Of a stretch of DNA of 32,000 nt, positions 7,535 through 14,791 are shown piece after piece. The DNA comes from Candidatus Arthromitus sp. SFB-mouse-Japan. Lineage in GTDB: Bacteria; Bacillota; Clostridia; Clostridiales; Clostridiaceae. Positions within the stretch are counted from its first letter, which is position 1. Every line of letters begins with the position of its first letter. Both the position numbers and the translations under genes were made by a program. The stretch lies in assembly GCF_000270205.1 (NCBI RefSeq), contig NC_015913.1:630001-662000 (forward strand), in the 5' to 3' direction. The notes under the pieces are model-generated. The model made no database searches. It was not told where the DNA came from and saw only the letters and a program-made list of their open reading frames with translations.

Positions 7535-8728
7535 ATGATAATTAACCACAATATGAATGCGATGAACGCACATAGAAATATGGGAAGCACTACAATTGCC
7601 CAAGGTAAGGCAATGGAAAAATTGAATTCAGGATTGAGGATAAATAGGGCTGCAGATGATGCGGCAGGTCTTGCGATTTCTGAAAAGATGAGATCACAAA
7701 TAAGAGGGCTTAACCAAGCGTCAAGAAATGCTCAAGATGGAATTTCAATGATTCAAACAGCAGAAGGAGCTTTATCTGAGACACAAGCAATAGCCCAAAG
7801 AATGAGAGAACTTGCAGTTCAATCTGCAAATGGTACTTATACAGATGAAGATAGAACTTTAATAGATCAAGAGTTTAATCAATTAAAATCTGAAATCGAT
7901 AGAATAGCAACTGACACAGATTTCAGTGGTAGTAAGGTACTTAACGGTGAAAAATCAGGAGAAAAAATTGAATTTGAAAGTGGTACTGTTGCAAGTACTG
8001 GAACTGGAACTTTGAATAATACAGATGCAGCTGCAGTGTTTTTAAAAACAGATCTTGAAAATGTTAATACCTTAGGAGAAGGAACATTTAAGCTGAATTT
8101 ATCACTTGATGGAGATGATGTGAAACTAGAGTTGATAGATGAATCTAAGTTTAATGATAATAAGGCCTATGTTTTAGATAGTACAGTTATTAAAGATGGA
8201 GCTGCTGATAATGATGAACATGAGATAACACTAGGTGGAGCAGCATTTAAATTAGCACAATTGAAAGATAAAATAAAGGATGCAAATGTAGAAACAGTTG
8301 AACTTACTTTGAATAACGTTGTAAAAGAAAAAACTAATGGTGTTGAACTTCAAGTTGGAGCTAACAAAGATCAAATGATAAGTATAAGTATTGGTAATAT
8401 GAGAAGTCGTGAACTTGGTCTTGGTGGAGTTAATGTTGCTACGACTGATGATGCAAAAGATGCAATCGGAAGGTTGGATGAGGCAGTTTCAAGAATTTCT
8501 GCACAAAGAGCAGATCTAGGAGCATCTCAAAACAGATTAGAACATACGATAGCATCAACTGATAATACAGCTGAAAACTTACAAGCTGCTGAATCAAGAA
8601 TAAGAGACGTTGACATGGCAAAAGAAATGATGAACTTAACAAAGTTAAATGTTCTTCAACAAGCGTCACAAGCAATGCTTGCACAAGCAAATCAAGCACC
8701 ACAACAAGTACTTTCATTATTGAAATAA
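7535..8728 (+). CDS. fliC: Flagellin, copy 2 (397 aa), tandem paralog of copy 1
   Basis: Same conserved termini as copy 1. The central domain is related but divergent, including a 3-aa indel. Confidence 0.97.
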   Translation: MIINHNMNAMNAHRNMGSTTIAQGKAMEKLNSGLRINRAADDAAGLAISEKMRSQIRGLNQASRNAQDGISMIQTAEGALSETQAIAQRMRELAVQSANGTYTDEDRTLIDQEFNQLKSEIDRIATDTDFSGSKVLNGEKSGEKIEFESGTVASTGTGTLNNTDAAAVFLKTDLENVNTLGEGTFKLNLSLDGDDVKLELIDESKFNDNKAYVLDSTVIKDGAADNDEHEITLGGAAFKLAQLKDKIKDANVETVELTLNNVVKEKTNGVELQVGANKDQMISISIGNMRSRELGLGGVNVATTDDAKDAIGRLDEAVSRISAQRADLGASQNRLEHTIASTDNTAENLQAAESRIRDVDMAKEMMNLTKLNVLQQASQAMLAQANQAPQQVLSLLK

Positions 8729-8766
8729 AAGGCTTAGATTATAAATGTAAGTCTTTCATATTTTTA
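8728..8766 (+). terminator. Rho-independent terminator after flagellin 2
   Basis: AAAGGCTTA (8728-8736) pairs with TAAGTCTTT (8748-8756): 9 bp with one G-U pair and an 11-nt loop, followed by CATATTTTTA. Confidence 0.55.
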
Positions 8767-8773
8767 TATATGT

Positions 8774-8809
8774 TAACAAAAGGAATGTTTAGTAACATTC
8801 CTTTTGTTA
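8774..8809. terminator. Perfect 16-bp hairpin between convergent genes
   Basis: TAACAAAAGGAATGTT, loop TAGT, AACATTCCTTTTGTTA. Every pair was verified by hand. The U-tracts are weak on both strands, so it may act as a barrier or stabiliser for either convergent transcript. Confidence 0.6.
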
Positions 8810-8821
8810 TTTGCTATCTAA

Positions 8822-9016
8822 TTATCTGCAGAGTAATGAATAAAGTGCGATTAGTCCAAGTGTGCTACTACCACATCCACCGCCGAAAAATCCAAAGTTA
8901 TTACCACAGCCACATCCTCCGTATCCATAAGATGCAGGATAGCAAGTATAATTAGGATAATTGTATCCGTAGTATGGCATCATATAGTTATATCCGTATG
9001 AATTACAACAGCTCAT
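8822..9016 (-). CDS. 64-aa Cys/Gly/Tyr-rich micro-protein (possible YjcZ-like sporulation or spore-coat peptide)
   Basis: AGAGGAG RBS 8 nt upstream of the ATG. Composition is 12 Tyr, 13 Gly, 7 Cys and 6 Asn, with no Lys, Asp, Glu or His, and a short hydrophobic C-terminal tail (TLGLIALYSLLCR). It is followed by the 16-bp hairpin. Confidence 0.6.
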   Translation of the reverse strand: MSCCNSYGYNYMMPYYGYNYPNYTCYPASYGYGGCGCGNNFGFFGGGCGSSTLGLIALYSLLCR

Positions 9017-9081
9017 CGTTTTTGCTCCTCTTTATTTTAAATTTTAGTTATACAATATACTACGAAAAAGAAAAAAAATTG

Positions 9082-10176
9082 TTACTCTGATTTATAGTTT
9101 TTGTTGATGATAGGACAAATGTATATTTGTTCTTCATTTTCAAAAATTTTGAGTGTTCCCAAGTTCTCAAATTCATTAATTTCGTCATCATCTTTTGAAT
9201 GTTTGATGTTCTCATTAAGGGTAATAACACTCTTAACTTCCATACCTTTTGTTACAGGAACAATTACATCATCCTTTAATATTCCTTCAATCTTTATACC
9301 ATTTTCTAAACTTTCGTTAATAATTAAATCATTTGAAGAAAATAATTTTTGATACTCATAATTATCTTTTGCATAATTGTAAAGCCATTCGCTAGATTTC
9401 CATCTTGGTGTGCAATTAAGCACAACAACTACAATCTCATTGTTGTTACCCATGTTAAATGATGATACTAAACATTTACCGGCCTGACCTGTGTATCCTG
9501 TCTTTGTGCCTGTTGCCTGAGGAACCATATATAAAATCTTGTTGATGTTTTGATATGATCTTGAAAATCCAGTATCTGTGTATTCTTTTGTCTTTGAAAG
9601 CTCATTAAAAAAATCTATTTGCTTTGTTTTAGATGTAAGCATTGCTAAATCATAAGCAGTTGAATAATGATTTTGACTATCAAGACCATGAGGTGATTCA
9701 AAATGTGAATCAAGTATTCCGATTTCTTTTGCATATTCATTCATAAGATCACAAAATCCTTCGATTGAACCAGCAATTCCCTCGGCAATTGCAATTGCTG
9801 CATCATTTCCAGATTTAAACATAAGTCCGTAAATAAGTTCTCTTAAAGAAATTTCTTCATCTTTTTTATATCCAACTTTGGATCCTCTAATGGACGCAGC
9901 ATTAGGTGAAATTTTAATCTTCTGATCCAAATCACCATATTTAATAGCAACTAAAGAAGTAAGTATCTTTGTTGTACTTGCCATAGGTAGAATATTTCGG
10001 CCATTTTTATCAAAAAGCACTCTGTGCGTTTTTGCATCAATAACAATGGCAGCATGAGCATTTAAATCATAAGGCTTTTGTTTTTTCACGCTGGCAGAAT
10101 TAACCTCGATATGTACAGTTGAAACACTAAATATCACGCAAAGTATTCCTACTAAAAGTTTAGAAAATTTTTTCAA
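9082..10176 (-). CDS. D-alanyl-D-alanine carboxypeptidase (peptidase S11, low-MW PBP, DacB/DacF-like); TTG start
   Basis: Signal peptide, then the SxxK (ASTTKILT), SGN (FKSGNDAA) and KTG (TKTGYT) active-site motifs in the correct order and spacing, plus a C-terminal PBP5-like domain. Confidence 0.9.
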   Translation of the reverse strand: MKKFSKLLVGILCVIFSVSTVHIEVNSASVKKQKPYDLNAHAAIVIDAKTHRVLFDKNGRNILPMASTTKILTSLVAIKYGDLDQKIKISPNAASIRGSKVGYKKDEEISLRELIYGLMFKSGNDAAIAIAEGIAGSIEGFCDLMNEYAKEIGILDSHFESPHGLDSQNHYSTAYDLAMLTSKTKQIDFFNELSKTKEYTDTGFSRSYQNINKILYMVPQATGTKTGYTGQAGKCLVSSFNMGNNNEIVVVVLNCTPRWKSSEWLYNYAKDNYEYQKLFSSNDLIINESLENGIKIEGILKDDVIVPVTKGMEVKSVITLNENIKHSKDDDEINEFENLGTLKIFENEEQIYICPIINKNYKSE

Positions 10177-10255
10177 AAATAACCACCGCCTAAAAAATAA
10201 AATATATTAGTATAGTATGATTAATTAAAATAAAAACTATTCTTAGGGAAATTTT

Positions 10256-10284
10256 GCATAATAGAGGATATATTTGGTAAAAAC
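10256..10284 (+). promoter_or_regulatory. SigmaF-like forespore promoter upstream of ytfI/ytfJ-like genes
   Basis: GCATA (10256-10260), a 15-nt spacer, then GGTAAAAAC (10276-10284), compared with the Bacillus sigmaF consensus GCATR-N15-GGHRARHTX. There is one mismatch in the -10 element. Confidence 0.4.
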
Positions 10285-10321
10285 TATCTTGAAATAGAAC
10301 TTAATAGGTTGGGTTGATAAG

Positions 10322-10903
10322 ATGATAAAACTTTTAATTATCCTTTTCATTATTTTAACTCTTTTCATTTCTATAAAAATAAAATTTGATATGAGATATG
10401 ATAAGAATAAATTAGATTTTAAAGTTTATATTTTTAATTTTGATATAACAAAAATGATAATTAAAACAAAGAAGACCAAGAAAAACGGTGAAGAATTAGT
10501 GAAATCTCATAAAGAACGACGAGCTTTTGATACAAAAATTTCTCTCAGAATCTTCAGAGAAATTTTATCGAGAATCAAGTACTTAAAACGCAAACCAAAA
10601 TTTATTATTACAAACATACTTGAGTTTGGAGTAGAGGACGCAGATGTTACAGCAGTTTTGTACGGTCACATATGCACTATTGTTTATTCAATATTTGGAA
10701 TAATATCGTGCTATGCTTACACACAAAATAGTAAGATTGATGTAATTCCAAAATATAACACCACACTCTTTAAATTACATTTTGAAGGTATATTAAAAAT
10801 AAAAATAGCTCAAATTATCTATATAACTTTTTTATTTATTACTTTGGGGAGGAAATTAAATGGAACAACATCCAATAGAAAACTTAATGAAAACTACTCT
10901 TGA
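10322..10903 (+). CDS. YtfI-like membrane protein (DUF2953-type), sporulation-associated
   Basis: N-terminal TM segment, Lys-rich body, and a 44-nt overlap with the ytfJ-like gene, the same pairing as Bacillus ytfI-ytfJ. The family assignment rests on context and general resemblance only. Confidence 0.5.
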   Translation: MIKLLIILFIILTLFISIKIKFDMRYDKNKLDFKVYIFNFDITKMIIKTKKTKKNGEELVKSHKERRAFDTKISLRIFREILSRIKYLKRKPKFIITNILEFGVEDADVTAVLYGHICTIVYSIFGIISCYAYTQNSKIDVIPKYNTTLFKLHFEGILKIKIAQIIYITFLFITLGRKLNGTTSNRKLNENYS

Positions 10904-11246
10904 AAATATAAAAGATATGATTGATGTTAATACAATCATAGGGGATGCTGTAAACACACCAGATGGAACAACAATAATACCTATATCAAAAGTCGGATTT
11001 GGATTCGGAACAGGTGGTTCAGATCTTCCAATGCCAGAAAATGCTTCTAGTACAACAAAGCCAAATCTATTTGGAGGAGGAGCAGGTGCAGGTATATCTA
11101 TTAAGCCTGTGGCATTTTTGGTAGTGAGAGAGGATGCAATAAGATTATTGCCAATAGATCATAACAACTCATACGAAAAAATAATAGATTCAATCCCTCA
11201 ATTAGTAGAAACATTTAAAGGAATGTTCGAAAAAAATGAAAATTAA
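10860..11246 (+). CDS. ytfJ: Sporulation protein YtfJ/GerW family
   Basis: 128 aa. HPIENLMKTTLENIKDMIDVNTIIGDAVNTPDGTTIIPISKVGFGFGTGGSD...GGGAGAGISIKPVAFLVV matches the characteristic YtfJ/GerW pattern. GGGAGG RBS. Confidence 0.85.
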   Translation: MEQHPIENLMKTTLENIKDMIDVNTIIGDAVNTPDGTTIIPISKVGFGFGTGGSDLPMPENASSTTKPNLFGGGAGAGISIKPVAFLVVREDAIRLLPIDHNNSYEKIIDSIPQLVETFKGMFEKNEN

Positions 11247-11260
11247 ATAAATATCCCAAA

Positions 11261-11304
11261 GGCTTTTAGTTCAATTGTGTGACTAAGAGCCATTTCTATT
11301 TTTT
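11261..11304 (+). terminator. Rho-independent terminator after ytfJ
   Basis: GGCTTTTAGT (11261-11270) pairs with ACTAAGAGCC (11282-11291): 10 bp with one G-U pair, followed by a T-rich tail ending TTTTTT. Confidence 0.65.
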
Positions 11305-11344
11305 ATCTATGCTGAAAGTGTATAATATTTTTAAAAAATCATTA

Positions 11345-11375
11345 TTGACTTAGAGTTAACTCTAAATTGTATAAT
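11345..11375 (+). promoter_or_regulatory. MerR-type promoter with dyad operator in a 19-bp spacer
   Basis: -35 TTGACT (11345-11350), a 19-nt spacer, -10 TATAAT (11370-11375). The spacer carries the perfect 16-bp palindrome TTAGAGTTAACTCTAA (11350-11365). Confidence 0.8.
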
Positions 11376-11414
11376 TTATTTGACCATTGGAACAAATGAT
11401 GTAGGAGGATATTG

Positions 11415-12656
11415 ATGACTATAAAAGAAGTATGTGAAAGGTGTGGAATTAGTGCAGATACGCTCAGATATTATGAAAGGGTTGGAGTAGTTCCACCAGT
11501 TGGTAGAACAAAGGGAGGTATTCGTTTTTACACTGATGAAGATATTAGTTGGGTAGAAAATGCTATCTGTATGCGTAGAGCTGGTCTTTCAGTAGAAATG
11601 TTATCGGAGTATGTTCGTTTGTTCCAAAAGGGAGATAGTAGTATTCCTGCAAGACGTACTTTACTCATGGAGGCGAGAGAAGAAATTAATAGTCAGTTAA
11701 AGAAGTACCAGGAAACTATGGATAAATTAAATTATAAGATTTCTCTATATGATGAAGCAATGAGAAGTGGAGTCTTGAGATGGAATATGTCAAAGAAAAG
11801 GAGAGATTTTCAAATGGAATTTATGACACTAAATAATGGACAAAAATGTCCAGTAATTGGGATTGGTACATTTTTGATAAAACCAGTTGATGCAGAGAAC
11901 AGTGTAAGAGAGGCTCTTAAAATGGGTTATTCTTGTATTGATACGGCGGCTGCTTATTGTAATGAACGTGCAGTTGGAAGAGGAATGAAATCAAGTGGTG
12001 TTGCTAGAGAAAACATATTTCTTTCAACAAAAATTTGGCCATCTGATTATGAAAATCAAAATGCAGTAAACGAAACGCTAGAACGTCTTGATACAGATTA
12101 TGTTGATTTGTTATATATTCATCAACCTGCAGGTAATTGGATGTCAGGATACAGAATGTTAGAGAAAGCATATAGAGATGGGAAAGCGAAGTCAATTGGA
12201 ATTTCAAATTTTGAAGGTGAATTTATTGAAGAGCTAGAGAAAAAATGGGAGATTGTACCACAATTTATGCAAGTTGAGGCACACCCATATTTTACACAAG
12301 ACAAATTACGCACAAAACTTGATGAATTTGGAATTAAATTAATGAGTTGGTTCCCACTTGGTCAGGGTGACAAAGCATTAATTGGAGAAACTATTTTCGA
12401 AGAATTAGGTAAGAAATATAATAAAACTTCTGCGCAAGTTATTCTTCGTTGGCATACACAAATGGGATTTGCAGTTATTCCAGGAAGTAAAAATATAGAT
12501 CATATTCGAGATAATTTAAATATTTTAGACTTTAAACTTACTGATGAAGAAATGGCTGAAATTTCGAAATTAAATAAAGGTACACGTTATTATAATAGAA
12601 CAGATGAACAGTTAGAAAAATTTGTTTTATGGCATCCAGAATTTGAAACAAAATAA
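11415..12656 (+). CDS. MerR-family (AdhR/NmlR-like) HTH domain fused in frame to an aldo/keto reductase
   Basis: The ATG at 11415 is 6 nt after AGGAGG. The N-terminal ~120 aa (TIKEVCERCGISADTLRYYERVGVV...) form a MerR HTH plus coiled coil, with Cys52 in AICMRRAG. From MEFMTLNNGQKCPVIGIGTF onward it is a complete AKR with the tetrad context IDTAAAY / STKIW / EAHPY. I checked codon by codon that no stop separates the two domains. Confidence 0.85.
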   Translation: MTIKEVCERCGISADTLRYYERVGVVPPVGRTKGGIRFYTDEDISWVENAICMRRAGLSVEMLSEYVRLFQKGDSSIPARRTLLMEAREEINSQLKKYQETMDKLNYKISLYDEAMRSGVLRWNMSKKRRDFQMEFMTLNNGQKCPVIGIGTFLIKPVDAENSVREALKMGYSCIDTAAAYCNERAVGRGMKSSGVARENIFLSTKIWPSDYENQNAVNETLERLDTDYVDLLYIHQPAGNWMSGYRMLEKAYRDGKAKSIGISNFEGEFIEELEKKWEIVPQFMQVEAHPYFTQDKLRTKLDEFGIKLMSWFPLGQGDKALIGETIFEELGKKYNKTSAQVILRWHTQMGFAVIPGSKNIDHIRDNLNILDFKLTDEEMAEISKLNKGTRYYNRTDEQLEKFVLWHPEFETK

Positions 12657-12675
12657 AAAATGTGAGGAATTGAAT

Positions 12676-13650
12676 ATGAAATATGCTGAATTAGGTAATA
12701 CAGGTATACAGGTTTCAAAGATTTGTATAGGTGCAATGTCTTTTGGGAAAGCAAGTCAGAAATTTTTGCAGTGGACTTTAAATCAAAATGAAACAGAAGA
12801 TATGATTGCTCATGCATGGGAACTTGGTATTAATTTCATAGATACTGCAAATTTTTATGGCGGTGGAACAAGTGAAGAGTACACGGGGAAAGCACTAAAA
12901 AATCTTGGTATACCTAGGGATAAAGTTATTCTTGCGTCTAAGGTTTATTTCAATGAGGGAAAACTTTCTCGTGCGGCAATTTTGAGAGAAATTGATGGTA
13001 CATTGTTACGACTAGGAACTGATTATTTAGATTTGTATCAAATCCATCGTTTTGACTATGATACACCGATAGAAGAAACCATGGAGGCTTTAGATTCGCT
13101 TGTAAAATCAGGAAAAGTTCGAGCATTAGGTGCATCAGCAATGTATGGATATCAATTTCATAATATGCAAGTTTGTGCAGAACAAAACGGATGGACAAAA
13201 TTTTCAACTATGCAAAATCATTACAATCTTTTGTATCGTGAAGATGAAAGAGAACTTATTCCAATTTGTAAACAGTACAATGTTTCTCTTATCCCATATA
13301 GTCCATTAGCAGGTGGACATTTGACTCGTATTGAGTGGGAATCTGGTAGTAAACGTAGTAACACAGATAGTTATTTAAAAATCAAATATGATGGAGCAAA
13401 AGAAAACAATATGGAAATTATTAATCGTGTAAATGGACTTGCAAAAAAATATGACGTTTCTATGGCACATATTGCTCTAGCATGGCACTGGAAAAAAGGT
13501 GTGATATCACCAATTGTTGGAGCAACAAAAATTTATCATTTAGATGGAGCAGTGAAAGCCCTTGATATAGAGTTGTCAGATAGTGATGTAATATATCTTG
13601 AAGAACTATATAGAGCACATGAAGTAATTCTGACTAAAGTAGAAAATTAA
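12676..13650 (+). CDS. Aldo/keto reductase (Tas/YajO-like long AKR)
   Basis: MKYAELGNTGIQVSKICIGAMSFG...INFIDTANFYGGGTSEEYTGKAL...LASKVYF...DYLDLYQIHRFD. The ATG at 12676 follows GAGGA by 6 nt; the tracked upstream extension from 12622 overlaps the previous gene. Confidence 0.9.
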   Translation: MKYAELGNTGIQVSKICIGAMSFGKASQKFLQWTLNQNETEDMIAHAWELGINFIDTANFYGGGTSEEYTGKALKNLGIPRDKVILASKVYFNEGKLSRAAILREIDGTLLRLGTDYLDLYQIHRFDYDTPIEETMEALDSLVKSGKVRALGASAMYGYQFHNMQVCAEQNGWTKFSTMQNHYNLLYREDERELIPICKQYNVSLIPYSPLAGGHLTRIEWESGSKRSNTDSYLKIKYDGAKENNMEIINRVNGLAKKYDVSMAHIALAWHWKKGVISPIVGATKIYHLDGAVKALDIELSDSDVIYLEELYRAHEVILTKVEN

Positions 13651-13699
13651 AAAAGTTTTAAACTTGTACAATAAGAATTGGAAAAGTGAGACAGCTAAA

Positions 13700-14677
13700 A
13701 TGAATGGTGAAAAATTAATATTAACAAATATTTGGGATAAGACATTTTCGAAGAGTGATAAAGTAAATCATCAAAAAGTGACTTTTTATAATCGTTATGG
13801 TATTACATTAGTGGCAGATCTTTATATTCCAAAGGATGTTTCTGGAAAGTTACCTGCTATAGCAGTTAGTGGACCTTTTGGAGCTGTAAAAGAACAAGCG
13901 TCTGGCTTATATGCACAAACTATGGCAGAGAGGGGTTTTCTAACGATTGCCTTTGATCCTTCTTTTACTGGTGAAAGTGGAGGTTACCCACGTTACGTAG
14001 CATCACCTGACATTAATACAGAAGATTTTCAAGCTGCAGTTGATTTTCTTTCTGTACAAGAAAATGTTGATTTAGAAAGGATAGGTATTATTGGAATTTG
14101 TGGATGGGGTGGCATGGCCCTTAATGCTGCAGCAATTGATACTAGAATTAAGGTAACGGTTATTTCTACTATGTATGATATGACTCGTGTAAATGCAAAG
14201 GGATATTTTGATTCTGAAGATAGTGTAGATGCACGATATGAGAAACGAAAAGTCATGAATGATCAGAGAATTAGAGATTATAAAAACGGAATGTATGCAC
14301 TTGCAGGTGGTGTGCCTGATAAAATACCAGAAGATGCTCCTTTTTACCTTAAAGATTATTATAATTATTATAAAACAGATCGAGGATACCATTCACGTTC
14401 TTTAAATTCTAATGCTGGATGGAATATAACATCTTCTTTATCATTTTTAAATATGCCAATTCTACAATACGCAGATGAAATTCGAAGTGCAGTTTTATTA
14501 ATTCATGGTGAAAAGGCACATTCTTGTTATTTTAGTAAAGATATATATGAAATCTTAAAAGGAGATAATAAGGAATTATTTATTATTCCAAATGCTGTTC
14601 ATATAGATTTGTATGATAACATTGAAGTTATTCCATTTGATAAAATAGAAGACTTTTTCAAATTAAATTTCAAGTAA
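13700..14677 (+). CDS. Alpha/beta-fold hydrolase, dienelactone-hydrolase-like, with a Cys nucleophile elbow
   Basis: Nucleophile elbow G-I-C-G-W-G-G (Cys codon TGT 14099-14101) in place of GxSxG, and a C-terminal NAVHIDLY candidate catalytic His. The start is uncertain: ATG 13700 is preferred, TTG 13664 is the tracked alternative. Confidence 0.75.
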   Translation: MNGEKLILTNIWDKTFSKSDKVNHQKVTFYNRYGITLVADLYIPKDVSGKLPAIAVSGPFGAVKEQASGLYAQTMAERGFLTIAFDPSFTGESGGYPRYVASPDINTEDFQAAVDFLSVQENVDLERIGIIGICGWGGMALNAAAIDTRIKVTVISTMYDMTRVNAKGYFDSEDSVDARYEKRKVMNDQRIRDYKNGMYALAGGVPDKIPEDAPFYLKDYYNYYKTDRGYHSRSLNSNAGWNITSSLSFLNMPILQYADEIRSAVLLIHGEKAHSCYFSKDIYEILKGDNKELFIIPNAVHIDLYDNIEVIPFDKIEDFFKLNFK

Positions 14678-14750
14678 TAGTGATAGGCATATGTTTATAA
14701 TGTTAGAGTGCATGGATTGTTAAAAAATAAGTTTAGATATGAATATTAAA

Positions 14751-14791
14751 ATATAGTCTTTAAATGGAATGGGCTATATTTTTTTGTTTTT
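14751..14791 (+). terminator. Candidate rho-independent terminator after the hydrolase gene
   Basis: ATATAGTC (14751-14758) pairs with GGCTATAT (14772-14779): 8 bp with one G-U pair and a 13-nt loop, followed by TTTTTTGTTTTT. Confidence 0.5.

Noticed and set aside
7330-7590. 86-aa minus-strand ORF spanning the inter-flagellin spacer.
   Set aside because: It runs antisense through the terminator, the leader and the start of flagellin 2. It has no RBS, and its translation is an artefact of AT-rich sequence.
8770-8955. 61-aa plus-strand ORF overlapping the Cys/Gly/Tyr micro-gene.
   Set aside because: It starts inside the 16-bp terminator hairpin, lacks an SD, and gives an implausible translation. 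The minus-strand frame has the strong RBS and the striking composition.
9101-9352. Tracked ORFs antisense to dac (9101-9352), priA (18368-18883), AKR and hydrolase genes (12004-12313, 12950-13207, 14029-14392), rsgA (26966-27184), and the P-type ATPase (30399-30629, 31443-31700).
   Set aside because: All are nested opposite strongly supported genes. They lack SD sequences and have low-complexity, AT-codon-driven translations.
12622-12675. Upstream extension of the second AKR (tracked start at 12622).
   Set aside because: It overlaps the 3' end of the MerR-AKR gene and adds a non-homologous 18-aa leader. The ATG at 12676 has a GAGGA SD and gives the canonical AKR N-terminus MKYAELGNTG.
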